A stretch of 34,116 bases of DNA, from positions 1-34,116 of IMG/VR virus record IMGVR_UViG_3300006922_000083. The stretch is one strand, 5' to 3'. Shown here piece by piece: positions 1 to 9,321 of this stretch; position 1 is the stretch's first letter; the number at the start of each line of letters is the position of its first letter. The translations under genes and the position numbers were made by a program. This stretch comes from a virus (taxonomy: Duplodnaviria; Caudoviricetes). The notes beneath the pieces are model-generated. The model was given only the letters and a program-made list of their open reading frames with translations, had not been told where the DNA came from and made no database searches.

Positions 1-2
1 AA

Positions 3-137
3 GATTACTGGACATTTGACAATGCAAGTGGACTAGAACCTTTTACCTTTGACGGAATGTTTATGTGGGTACGTTTTAAGTACGAAGCAGACGCAGGAAA
101 CCAAGGAACACTTGACAAAGTGCTATTTAGAAGTTAA
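3..137 (+). CDS. 3' end of hypothetical phage protein (partial)
   Basis: Open frame from the window start, DYWTFDNASG...GTLDKVLFRS, ending TAA at 135-137. Confidence 0.75.
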   Translation, partial: DYWTFDNASGLEPFTFDGMFMWVRFKYEADAGNQGTLDKVLFRS

Positions 138-140
138 ACT
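112..140 (+). promoter_or_regulatory. sigma70-type promoter for primase (predicted leaderless)
   Basis: TTGACA-17nt-TAAACT; ATG follows 6 nt later with no SD. Confidence 0.7.
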
Positions 141-146
141 GTATAT

Positions 147-1166
147 ATGATAGTTTTAGATTTTGTACGCCAGAGTATTCCTGGTGGCTGGAAACAGTCC
201 CCAAGTGGATGGATAAGTGGTAATTGTCCAATGTGTAACACTCGTGGACACGGTAGAGATACTCGTGGCCGTGGCGGTTTGGAATTTGATATAGACCGTG
301 TACGATACAACTGTTTTAACTGTGGTTACACAACAGGCTGGAGCCCTGGTAAACGTATCAACAAAACACTAAACGATTTGTTAGTTGCATTTGGTGCAGA
401 TCCTGCACAAGTACAGCGTGTTAACTTTGAGCTACTTAAAGAGAATGAAAAAGACCAAGTAGCACAACAGTTTATAAAAGCAAGTGAAGTTAAGCATAAA
501 ACTAAAGTTAATTGGCTGGGTATGAAGTTGCCCAAAAATTCAAATACATTTAAAAATGTACAAACACACCATCTTAATCCAGGACAACTGGAAAGTTTTG
601 TGAAAGCAGTACAATACGTTGAAGATCGTGGTATGAGTTTTTATAGTGAATGGCGTTGGACACCAGAAAGCCATTTTAAGAATCGTATCATACTGCCGTT
701 TTATTATAAAAATAAGGTAGTTGGGTATACTGCTCGTTGGGTGGGCACACCTCCAGATAAAGCTACACCAAAATACTATCATCAGATGCCTAAAAACTTT
801 ATATATGGATTGGACACACAACGTAAACATAAGTATACGATCGTTACAGAGGGGCAAATGGACGCATTGTTAATAAATGGTGTCAGTGTTGGGGGTAATA
901 CTCCTAGTAATGTGCAGTGTGACATTATTGACGATTTAAAAAAGAAAGTTATAGTTGTGCCTGATGCAGATAGTGCAGGCATGGACTTAGTAAATGCAGC
1001 TATTCGCAGAGGATGGAGTGTTAGTTTTCCTCCTTGGGAAGGATGCAAAGACGCCGCAGATGCGGCATTAAAATATGGTAGATTATTCACAGTGAGGAGT
1101 ATATTAGATAGTGCCGAGACAAATACCACGAAAATACAACTACTTGCAAAATCCTATTGTAGATGA
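147..1166 (+). CDS. DNA primase (T4 gp61-like)
   Basis: Zn ribbon CPMC...CFNC, TOPRIM motifs VTEGQMDA and PDADSAG; upstream of helicase. Confidence 0.9.
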   Translation: MIVLDFVRQSIPGGWKQSPSGWISGNCPMCNTRGHGRDTRGRGGLEFDIDRVRYNCFNCGYTTGWSPGKRINKTLNDLLVAFGADPAQVQRVNFELLKENEKDQVAQQFIKASEVKHKTKVNWLGMKLPKNSNTFKNVQTHHLNPGQLESFVKAVQYVEDRGMSFYSEWRWTPESHFKNRIILPFYYKNKVVGYTARWVGTPPDKATPKYYHQMPKNFIYGLDTQRKHKYTIVTEGQMDALLINGVSVGGNTPSNVQCDIIDDLKKKVIVVPDADSAGMDLVNAAIRRGWSVSFPPWEGCKDAADAALKYGRLFTVRSILDSAETNTTKIQLLAKSYCR

Positions 1167-1209
1167 TTATAATATAAGAGATGAAAATTTTTGGAGACAA
1201 GTAGATAAG

Positions 1210-1437
1210 ATGAAACATATTAGTGCGTACACTAATTTACACAATTATTGGACCAAGCATTTTGCTTGGTGGCCAACTCGTAGTGATCACAGCGGAAAGT
1301 TTATCTGGTTGACAAGTTATTGGGAATACGCTATAACTATGGATATGCATGGTAAAGTACCACTCAAGGGTGACGCCTGGCGAATGATCTACACTCGAGA
1401 GGAATATATATTGAAGAAGTTAACAAATAATGAGTGA
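1210..1437 (+). CDS. hypothetical Trp-rich protein
   Basis: ORF between primase and helicase; ATG 1210 preferred because it avoids overlap with primase; start uncertain. Confidence 0.65.
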   Translation: MKHISAYTNLHNYWTKHFAWWPTRSDHSGKFIWLTSYWEYAITMDMHGKVPLKGDAWRMIYTREEYILKKLTNNE

Positions 1438-2815
1438 AGAGTACACAGAAGATTTACAAAAGTTATATCTAGAGTTTTTACTTGCTGACAAAGATTTGTT
1501 TGTGCGCTGTAATGCGATTACAAATAGCAAATACTTTGTACGTAAGTATCAGCCTGTTATGGACTTTATACAAGAACATGTTGATGGTTATGGTGATTTG
1601 CCAACACATGAACAAATTAAAGCCAAAGTAAGAATTGAATTTGACAATGTCAGAGATAAGATTACTGATGACCATAAAAAATGGTTTATGGATGAATACG
1701 AAAAGTTTTGTAGACACAAGGCACTTGAAGGTGCTATCTTGGAAAGTGCTGATAAATTAGAACGGCATGAGTACGGAAGTGTTGAGCAACTGATTAAAGA
1801 TGCTGTTGGTATTGGACTAGCAAAAGACTTTGGGCTTAACTACTGGGACGATCCAGCAGGACGTATACAAGCAATTAAAGACAATCGTGGACAAAACAGT
1901 ACTGGTTGGGAAAGCCTTGATAAAGTATTGTATGGTGGATTTAATCCAGGAGAACTAAACATCTTTGCTGGTGGTAGTGGTAGTGGTAAGAGTTTGTTTA
2001 TGCAAAACATGGCACTCAACTGGAGTTTGGCTGGCAAGAACGTAGTGTATGTTAGTTTAGAGCTTAGTGAAGAACTATGTAGTATGCGTATTGATGCTAT
2101 GCTTACAAACCAAAGTACTAAAGATGTTATGCGTAATGCTGATGATACAGCACTTAAAGTTAAAATGTCTAGCAAAAAAGCAGGCATACTACAAATGATA
2201 CAGATGCCTAACGGCGCAACTATCAATGACATCAAGGCATATATTAAAGAATATCAAATACAAAACGACATTAAGATTGATGCATTATTTGTAGACTATT
2301 TGGATCTTATGATGCCTGTTAGTGTTAAAGTTAATCCAAGCGACCAGTTTATTAAAGACAAGTATGTAAGTGAAGAACTACGTAACTTGGCTATTGAGCT
2401 TAACATATTGTTTGTTACAGCCTCACAGTTAAATCGTGGTGCTGTTGATGAAGTAGAGTTTGATCACAGTCACATTGCAGGTGGTATTAGTAAGATTAAT
2501 ACAGCAGATAACTTGATTGGTATTTTTAGTAGCCGTGCAATGCGTGAGCGTGGTAGAGTACAGATCCAGTTTATGAAAACACGTAGTAGTAGTGGTGTTG
2601 GCAGTAAACTAGACTTGGGCTATAACATGGAAACACTACGTATTACAGATTTAGATGAAGATGAACAAGGTGAAGATGGACAAGTAGCAAGCATTTATCA
2701 GAGCTTGAAAAATAAAGCAACAGTTAGTCCAGCAGGTCAAGATAGTGCACAGCCCACAACACAAGCAGTTAATAATGCTGAGCGATTACAAAGTTTACTT
2801 AAAAGAAGAGAATAA
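1430..2815 (+). CDS. replicative DNA helicase (DnaB / T4 gp41-like)
   Basis: Walker A GGSGSGKS, LFVDYLDLM, TASQLNR, KTR motifs. Confidence 0.93.
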   Translation: MSEEYTEDLQKLYLEFLLADKDLFVRCNAITNSKYFVRKYQPVMDFIQEHVDGYGDLPTHEQIKAKVRIEFDNVRDKITDDHKKWFMDEYEKFCRHKALEGAILESADKLERHEYGSVEQLIKDAVGIGLAKDFGLNYWDDPAGRIQAIKDNRGQNSTGWESLDKVLYGGFNPGELNIFAGGSGSGKSLFMQNMALNWSLAGKNVVYVSLELSEELCSMRIDAMLTNQSTKDVMRNADDTALKVKMSSKKAGILQMIQMPNGATINDIKAYIKEYQIQNDIKIDALFVDYLDLMMPVSVKVNPSDQFIKDKYVSEELRNLAIELNILFVTASQLNRGAVDEVEFDHSHIAGGISKINTADNLIGIFSSRAMRERGRVQIQFMKTRSSSGVGSKLDLGYNMETLRITDLDEDEQGEDGQVASIYQSLKNKATVSPAGQDSAQPTTQAVNNAERLQSLLKRRE

Positions 2816-3960
2816 TGAAAACCTGTAATCATACATTCAATCATCTTGCACAAGTGAATAAATCTGGAAATGTTGTGCCTTGTTGCCATATCTCTGTTCA
2901 TAACGAAGAAGTAGAATTTAATTTATCAAACATAGAATCACTGGATGGAATATTAAACTCGAATTATTGGAAAACGCTCAGAGAAGATATAAAAACTGGC
3001 GACAATGAAGCATGTAATAATTGCTGGCGTGTAGAAAATACAGGCGGACACAGTAAACGAATGTGGTCAAACGAAAAGCCTGTTAACACTCCGTATGTTA
3101 TTGAAGACTTAGAAATAGCATTGGATACAACTTGTAATATGATGTGTAGAATGTGTCAACCATCACAAAGCTCTAAGTGGGCCAGTGCAACAGATGTATT
3201 AAAAAAACTAGACAAACTAGAACGTCATTATGGTGATCGATATAACCAAGAAAAACTCAATCCTACTAATCATAATGACATTATGCGTGTGCTTAATAAT
3301 ACTGATCTAAGTCATATAAATGCAATAAACATAGTGGGCGGTGAGCCTTTTTATAGTAAGAATTTATTACCGTTACTTGAACTTCTTGATAGTCAAGCAG
3401 GCATTGAAAATATTACATTAGGATTTAACACCAATGGAAGTATTTTTCCAAAGGACAAAGTACTGGATATATTATCTAGAGCTAAAGACCTATGCATTGA
3501 TTTTAGTATCGATTCTATTGGTGACTTAGCAACAGTAACTAGACATGGCATAGACTGGAATACTATTGATAGTAATATACAAAAGTTTATTTCATATTTT
3601 GGAAAAGACAAAATTAGAATACACAGTGTTATTAGCCTGTTAAATGTTAACCGTATACAAGAACTATATGATTATAAAGAAAATTTACAACTGCGTTCTT
3701 GGACATGGCAATTCCTGTCGGGACCACAGTATTTGTCAGTATACCAAATACCATCAGAGATAAGAAAAAAATGGCAAATCAAAGCCGACAAACTTAAAGT
3801 AGGGACAATGTATAATGCAGAATTAATGTCTACAGTAGAAGCAAAACAAATGTTTGGATCGTTCTTACAATCTACAAGCATTATCGACACATATCATGGT
3901 TGCACTTTTGAAAGTGTTAATCCTGAAATGTATAATTTAATTAAGGTGTTAAACCAATGA
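2815..3960 (+). CDS. radical SAM protein with N-terminal SPASM/twitch-like Cys cluster
   Basis: CNMMCRMC (CxxxCxxC), GGEPF, NTNGS; N-terminal PCC...CNNCW. Confidence 0.88.
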   Translation: MKTCNHTFNHLAQVNKSGNVVPCCHISVHNEEVEFNLSNIESLDGILNSNYWKTLREDIKTGDNEACNNCWRVENTGGHSKRMWSNEKPVNTPYVIEDLEIALDTTCNMMCRMCQPSQSSKWASATDVLKKLDKLERHYGDRYNQEKLNPTNHNDIMRVLNNTDLSHINAINIVGGEPFYSKNLLPLLELLDSQAGIENITLGFNTNGSIFPKDKVLDILSRAKDLCIDFSIDSIGDLATVTRHGIDWNTIDSNIQKFISYFGKDKIRIHSVISLLNVNRIQELYDYKENLQLRSWTWQFLSGPQYLSVYQIPSEIRKKWQIKADKLKVGTMYNAELMSTVEAKQMFGSFLQSTSIIDTYHGCTFESVNPEMYNLIKVLNQ

Positions 3961-4156
3961 TGCCGTTGACCTTATGTGTATCTAAATATGATGTACGAAC
4001 AACGGGCGAAGATATAGGCCTGAATGTTGCCCGCATCCCATAGTTGGTAATAATTCTTATTGCCTATGGATCCTAAGTTCACTATCAGGAAATGCAAAGT
4101 TGCCATAAGTACTATCCATCATTGGTTTAACAACAATATTTATAAATAGTAGTGAT

Positions 4157-4393
4157 ATGAAACGTAAAACGAGATCTATATTAGAAGAAATTAATGCTAT
4201 GTCACCAAAGCGTGATAGAAGGCAACTAGTTGAGGCTAATGCTGAACAAGTAATTGTTACAGCAATTAACCTTATTGAAATGATTAATGAAACATTTGAT
4301 GTTGAAACAGCGGCAGATTTAAACAAACGCTTGATCAATTCAATTCGCACTAAAGATCCTCGAAAATTTAAAAGAGGGGTATCAAAGCTGTGA
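4157..4393 (+). CDS. hypothetical protein, first gene of late cluster
   Basis: ORF behind TATAAATA at 4141-4148; overlaps the next start. Confidence 0.8.
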   Translation: MKRKTRSILEEINAMSPKRDRRQLVEANAEQVIVTAINLIEMINETFDVETAADLNKRLINSIRTKDPRKFKRGVSKL

Positions 4394-5178
4394 AGGTTCG
4401 GGATATTATAGGCGGTACAAGTAAACGTAAACTACGTCGTGGTAGCCGCATCAAAAGATTAAGACAGGAAAATTTCCACATTAAAGAAGGTGGTAATGTT
4501 TTTCCTGATAGCGTGAGTTTTGATCACAGTCAAATTCCAGCTATCATGAAAACTGTTAATAGTGTGCTACAAAAAACTGGAAGTACTGCTATTCCAATTG
4601 GTAGTGGTGCTACACCTACGCCAGGTAAAGTAAGCGGCGACTTGGATATGATTGTAGACGTAGATCAACTGAAACAACATTTCAATATGGAAGATGCCAA
4701 AGATGCTGAAATCCGTAAAAAACTACGTCAAGTATTTGACTTAACTGGACTTAATACAGGACAAAGTGGTACTAGTGTGCATGTTGAAATACCATTGGAC
4801 GATAAAACACACCAAGTAGATATTATGGTTGTGCCAAATGCTGGTAATGCCGCAAAGTTTCATACACACAGTATTCCACAAGGTAGTAAGTGGAAAGGTG
4901 TAAACAAACAGATTGCACTAGCTAATTTAGCTAAAAAGAAGAATTTATTATGGTCGCCATACCAAGGCTTGTTTAAGCGTTTAGAAAATGGTAAAAAAGA
5001 TCCAAATGGATTAGTAACAGACAACATTGATAAAGTAGCACAAGTATTATTAGGCCCAAATGCCACAGGACAAGATATTGGCAGTGTAGAACAAATTATG
5101 GCTGCATTGGGTACAGAAGCAGGCGATGCACTACTTGCAGATCTACGCAGTGATCCAAACTGGAAAGAACTAGAATGA
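4390..5178 (+). CDS. putative nucleotidyltransferase (Pol beta fold)
   Basis: IGSG...SGDLDMIVD...QVDIM matches the GS / DxD / D signature. Confidence 0.65.
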   Translation: MKVRDIIGGTSKRKLRRGSRIKRLRQENFHIKEGGNVFPDSVSFDHSQIPAIMKTVNSVLQKTGSTAIPIGSGATPTPGKVSGDLDMIVDVDQLKQHFNMEDAKDAEIRKKLRQVFDLTGLNTGQSGTSVHVEIPLDDKTHQVDIMVVPNAGNAAKFHTHSIPQGSKWKGVNKQIALANLAKKKNLLWSPYQGLFKRLENGKKDPNGLVTDNIDKVAQVLLGPNATGQDIGSVEQIMAALGTEAGDALLADLRSDPNWKELE

Positions 5179-6251
5179 GAGCCCGTCAATTTTTAGCAGA
5201 AGCCGCCAAAGTAGGTCGTGAGTATCAGCACCTAGAAGATTTGGTGTTTGCGGAAGGCAGTGCCGGCGCCCTACGAGCGGCGAGTATATTACAAAGGCTC
5301 GGACAAGATTCAAATGATGTAGCTATCAAATGGGATGGGAACCCTACTATCTATTGGGGAAGAGATACAGACGGACAGTTTGTACTAACTGGTAAAAATG
5401 GCTGGGGTAAAAACAAAAGTACTAGTAGTGATGATCTAAAAGCATTTGTTATGAGTACTGGTAAAGGTGAGGACTGGAGACAGGACTTTGCTAATAATAT
5501 GGGTGATGTATTTGACATCATGCAACGTAATACACCAAATGACATGCGTGGCTTTGTATACGGAGATTTATTATATTCTCCCAGCAAGCCGTATGTTGGC
5601 AAGGACGGTGCTTATCAGTTTGAGCCAAACAATGTATTATATACAGTAAATGCTGATAGTGAACTGGGGCAACGTGTTGGTACCAGTAGTATTGGTATTG
5701 CAGCACACAGTTATTTTGATGCTTTTGGTGACAAAAATGGTACAAGTATTGGTGACACAAAACGATTAAACACTAATGAAGTTGTAGTAATGGGGCAAAC
5801 ATATGTTCCACATCAAGCAAAAGTAGATACTAGCCATGTACAAGACATTATTCAAAATGCCAAGTCTAATGCACAATTAATTGACAACTGGCTAACACCT
5901 GAAAAGGGACTTAGCAACAAAGGCGGCATCATTTACACTTATGTAAATCAAATGGTAAAGCAGGGCAAACTAAATCAATTACAAAAAGGTTTTTTCGATT
6001 GGTTAAAAACTAGTAAAGTAAGTACTGGTCAACAAGCAAAATTGATGGCCGGAGATAGTAAAGGCTTAAACGCCATACTTGGATTAGTTGTACAAATCAT
6101 GACAGTAAAAAATGAGATTATTGATCAACTTGATAATGCACCTGCTGATGTAACAGCAACGACAAAAGGACAAAGCGGCGGAGAAGGATATGTTGTGGGT
6201 AGAGACAAGATTAAACTTGTGCCAAGACATCGCTGGACACCAAACTTATAA
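5175..6251 (+). CDS. putative ATP-dependent ligase-fold protein (DUF6267-like)
   Basis: KWDG (motif I KxDG), GDLLY, GEGYVV (motif IV), KLV (motif V). Confidence 0.6.
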   Translation: MRARQFLAEAAKVGREYQHLEDLVFAEGSAGALRAASILQRLGQDSNDVAIKWDGNPTIYWGRDTDGQFVLTGKNGWGKNKSTSSDDLKAFVMSTGKGEDWRQDFANNMGDVFDIMQRNTPNDMRGFVYGDLLYSPSKPYVGKDGAYQFEPNNVLYTVNADSELGQRVGTSSIGIAAHSYFDAFGDKNGTSIGDTKRLNTNEVVVMGQTYVPHQAKVDTSHVQDIIQNAKSNAQLIDNWLTPEKGLSNKGGIIYTYVNQMVKQGKLNQLQKGFFDWLKTSKVSTGQQAKLMAGDSKGLNAILGLVVQIMTVKNEIIDQLDNAPADVTATTKGQSGGEGYVVGRDKIKLVPRHRWTPNL

Positions 6252-6259
6252 ATACTAGC

Positions 6260-7045
6260 ATGGAAAAATATACAGCAAAACAATGGGCAGAAATTGAAGG
6301 TGGACACACAATGAGTGAAGAAAAGCAACCAGCTTTTGGATTTATTAGTGACCTTAATGAAGCAAGTAAAATGTATCGTACCAAACAAATGGTAGATACA
6401 GCAGACATTCGTGACACACTGAATTTTGCTTTTATTAATTTATTAACAATGCAGATACTTTACAGTGACTATAACACTGCACCGATTGCACAAGACTACG
6501 CAAAAAGAACACTAGTAGGCGGCGGTAACTTTAAAAACTATCGCAGAGACGGAACAGACTTATATCATGCACTGCATAAAATTACATCTAATGCATCTAA
6601 TAGTGACAAACGTTCTCGAATTCAAGCGGCCAAATTGGCTGTTCCAGAAACACAATTAAAACAATATTTGAGAGCAATGGCAACTGGACAAAAAATACCA
6701 GGTACTAGTGGATTGTTTATGCGTATGGAAAGAGGTCTTGATATTACTGAGGCCAACTATAAAGCAATGAGGCGTTTAGCTGTAAACTGGAATAATTTAC
6801 CAGCAGGACAAAAATCACTTTTAGCAACTCGTATGTTACAGTATTACAGAGCTAATGCTATACGTGGTGAGTTATATAATCCGTTTAAAAGGTTTTCATC
6901 AGCTGGTGGATTTATTGATCCTGCAATCGACAATGCGGAAAAAGGTATTACGGCACGTAAAATTGCAACTAGAGCGGCGGCAGGCACAGCTGCAGCAGTA
7001 GGTGGTTTTGCTGTAGGTAGGAAATTTGGCCGCAGTCTAGTATAA
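6260..7045 (+). CDS. hypothetical protein, probably virion-associated
   Basis: 261-aa ORF behind TATAAATA; Ala/Gly-rich C-terminus. Confidence 0.8.
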   Translation: MEKYTAKQWAEIEGGHTMSEEKQPAFGFISDLNEASKMYRTKQMVDTADIRDTLNFAFINLLTMQILYSDYNTAPIAQDYAKRTLVGGGNFKNYRRDGTDLYHALHKITSNASNSDKRSRIQAAKLAVPETQLKQYLRAMATGQKIPGTSGLFMRMERGLDITEANYKAMRRLAVNWNNLPAGQKSLLATRMLQYYRANAIRGELYNPFKRFSSAGGFIDPAIDNAEKGITARKIATRAAAGTAAAVGGFAVGRKFGRSLV

Positions 7046-7053
7046 GGTGACAC

Positions 7054-7458
7054 TTGCACAACAACTATATAGCCTATACGTTAGTTGACATTACAGACAT
7101 TAACAAGCCTAGTAATACGCCATCGTATAATCAAAAACAAAATCTAAACACATTCATACAGCTGGCTGGTCTGCGATCCCAACCGTTATCTTTTGTAGTG
7201 ACTGAAATAGAAGCACAAGATCTAGTTGGATTCCGCTTTGGAAAGCAGTATAAAGGACTACATCGTGTGTGGAAAATTGAGTTTAGTGTAGAGCATAGCG
7301 ATGTTTATACTCATAATGATAATCCAGTGCATTTTTTAGAGAACGACTTTGACCAAGTACCATTTATCCCTTATCTTAATGAAACAGTAAACTTTATTGA
7401 TAGTACATTTGAAACATACGATGAAAAAACATTAAACATATACTTTCAGATGCGTTAG
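7054..7458 (+). CDS. hypothetical protein
   Basis: TTG start with AAGGTGA upstream; fills the gap in the operon. Confidence 0.75.
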   Translation: MHNNYIAYTLVDITDINKPSNTPSYNQKQNLNTFIQLAGLRSQPLSFVVTEIEAQDLVGFRFGKQYKGLHRVWKIEFSVEHSDVYTHNDNPVHFLENDFDQVPFIPYLNETVNFIDSTFETYDEKTLNIYFQMR

Positions 7459-7622
7459 AATCTAATAAATAATAGTGTGAAAAAGGCACAATAACAACAC
7501 AGGCACTAACATAGGCACAAGAATACGGAGTTCGCCACAAGCCTCCGAAATCAAAAGGCTACATAAAAGGCTACTGTTAACAAGGTACAACGATGTACTA
7601 AAGACGCAGTTGAGTGAGAATT

Positions 7623-7919
7623 ATGTCTATAGCGACAATTGGGACAACCCAGTTAGAGAAACAGAATTTAGAAGCGCACGTTGACCTGTGCGCTGAGAGG
7701 TATCGTGTCTTGGAAGAAAAAGTTAATAATATTGATACTCGCTTAAACAATATCGAAAAGGGCGTCTTTCAAATGCGTGAAGAAGGCATACGTGAGTTTG
7801 CCAAGATGCGTGAAGAAATGATCAAAGCCAACGCAACAACAAATAAAATAATGATGGGAACTGGCGGTACAGTTCTTGCAGGTCTACTAACACTAGTAGC
7901 AACATTATTAATGTCATAA
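7623..7919 (+). CDS. coiled-coil protein with C-terminal transmembrane helix
   Basis: Heptad pattern LEEKVNNIDTRLNNIE; hydrophobic tail GTVLAGLLTLVATLLMS; ATG 7623 preferred over GTG 7614. Confidence 0.75.
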   Translation: MSIATIGTTQLEKQNLEAHVDLCAERYRVLEEKVNNIDTRLNNIEKGVFQMREEGIREFAKMREEMIKANATTNKIMMGTGGTVLAGLLTLVATLLMS

Positions 7920-7938
7920 AAATCTAATAAATAACTAT

Positions 7939-8226
7939 ATGAACTTAAATGAACTCACATCAGAAGAACCTGTTGTTGAAGCACAACTAGTCTGGGCTCG
8001 CAAAGGTAAAAAAATTGTACGTAAATTTCGTTGTAGTGTAGGACAGCGAAAAGGTAGAGTTGTGAGCGACCCTGCACAATGTTCCAAACCTATCGATATT
8101 AAAAAGCGTATAACATTACGTAAAACAAAAGCAAGAATGGGCGGAAGACTTGCAAGAAAAGCACAGCGTACAAAACGTATGAACCCAGCAAGTAAAGCAG
8201 TACAACGACTGAACAAGGTAAAGTAA
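7939..8226 (+). CDS. small, highly basic protein
   Basis: K/R-rich after a short acidic N-terminus; TAAATA-N5-ATG. Confidence 0.8.
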   Translation: MNLNELTSEEPVVEAQLVWARKGKKIVRKFRCSVGQRKGRVVSDPAQCSKPIDIKKRITLRKTKARMGGRLARKAQRTKRMNPASKAVQRLNKVK

Positions 8227-8227
8227 C

Positions 8228-8587
8228 ATGAAGATATTTGATATTGTCACAGAAGACAAAAAAACATGGATGAAAGACGGCGTTGAAATGTGCAGCAAAG
8301 ACTGTTGCGGTCAACCTATTACTGAATGTGAATGCGGTCCAGATTGCAAGCATTGTGATTGTTACAAGTTAAATGAAAGATATGGTCTTCAGAAGGGCAA
8401 CGCAGGTGCCGCTAAAATGGGATCCAGTCAAAAGAATACTACCAACCGTTATAACGCCAAAGTAGCCGACCAAAACCGTGAAGCTGGTATTAAAGCACAA
8501 CAACAGTATAATAAAGAAAAGCGTAGTGCAAAACGTGTTGCAACTGGTATTCCAAATAGACCAGCACCACAACAAGGACTAGTTTAA
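8228..8587 (+). CDS. hypothetical protein with Cys-rich segment
   Basis: CSKDCCGQPITECECGPDCKHCDC. Confidence 0.8.
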   Translation: MKIFDIVTEDKKTWMKDGVEMCSKDCCGQPITECECGPDCKHCDCYKLNERYGLQKGNAGAAKMGSSQKNTTNRYNAKVADQNREAGIKAQQQYNKEKRSAKRVATGIPNRPAPQQGLV

Positions 8588-8814
8588 TGAGAGCATTTGT
8601 AACAAAGGGCGGGTTCCCAACATTTATCAATATTCGTGAAAGTGATTTTTTAGATAAACATTTTCCACAAGATATTATCTTAGAAAAAAAATCACTAAGT
8701 GAACGTGAGCAGTATGTTGCTCAAAACCTAGTTAGTCGTGGCGTACTAGATAAAGTAGTTGACGGCAAAACAGCAGGTTATAAACTTAATATTAACAATT
8801 ACGGTAAATTATAA
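8587..8814 (+). CDS. hypothetical protein
   Basis: TAATG coupling on both sides. Confidence 0.8.
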   Translation: MRAFVTKGGFPTFINIRESDFLDKHFPQDIILEKKSLSEREQYVAQNLVSRGVLDKVVDGKTAGYKLNINNYGKL

Positions 8815-9281
8815 TGGCTAGATCACTCAAAGATATCCTTACACATCAGGTAGAACAAACATCTGCATTACTACATGAGGCGGCAGAAACTGACGTCGAT
8901 TTAAAAGTTGCTATGACACAAACTATAACAGAACAATCAATCACAGTACAAAACTATCGTATTGACATTGTTAAAGAAGAGTTTGCTGGCAGACAGAAAA
9001 ACTTTTACAATATAGTTGAAGGCAAACAAGTAATACACAGTGACTTAGCATTGTTTGAAACAGCAATGGGTATTGTTAAAAAATATATCACTAATAAAAC
9101 ATCAGGAATTAAAGAACTAGAACAGTATGACAATGATTATAGTAATTCACTATATGAAACTTGGGCACAACAGTCTAGAGCAAATAAGGGCGGTATTAAT
9201 GAAGATATTGCCATTGCTAAAGCCAGTAGGGCAAAGCAAAAAGTACAAGAAGCAAAGCAAAGAATTTTATCACGTCTATAA
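8814..9281 (+). CDS. hypothetical protein
   Basis: Coupled ORF, 155 aa. Confidence 0.8.
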   Translation: MARSLKDILTHQVEQTSALLHEAAETDVDLKVAMTQTITEQSITVQNYRIDIVKEEFAGRQKNFYNIVEGKQVIHSDLALFETAMGIVKKYITNKTSGIKELEQYDNDYSNSLYETWAQQSRANKGGINEDIAIAKASRAKQKVQEAKQRILSRL

Positions 9282-9321
9282 CAGATGTGCATAAATATAA
9301 TAAACAACGGGGAATTATACA

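Noticed and set aside
7480-7590. CRISPR mini-array
   Set aside because: Repeats are only 6-10 nt with irregular short spacers; no cas genes
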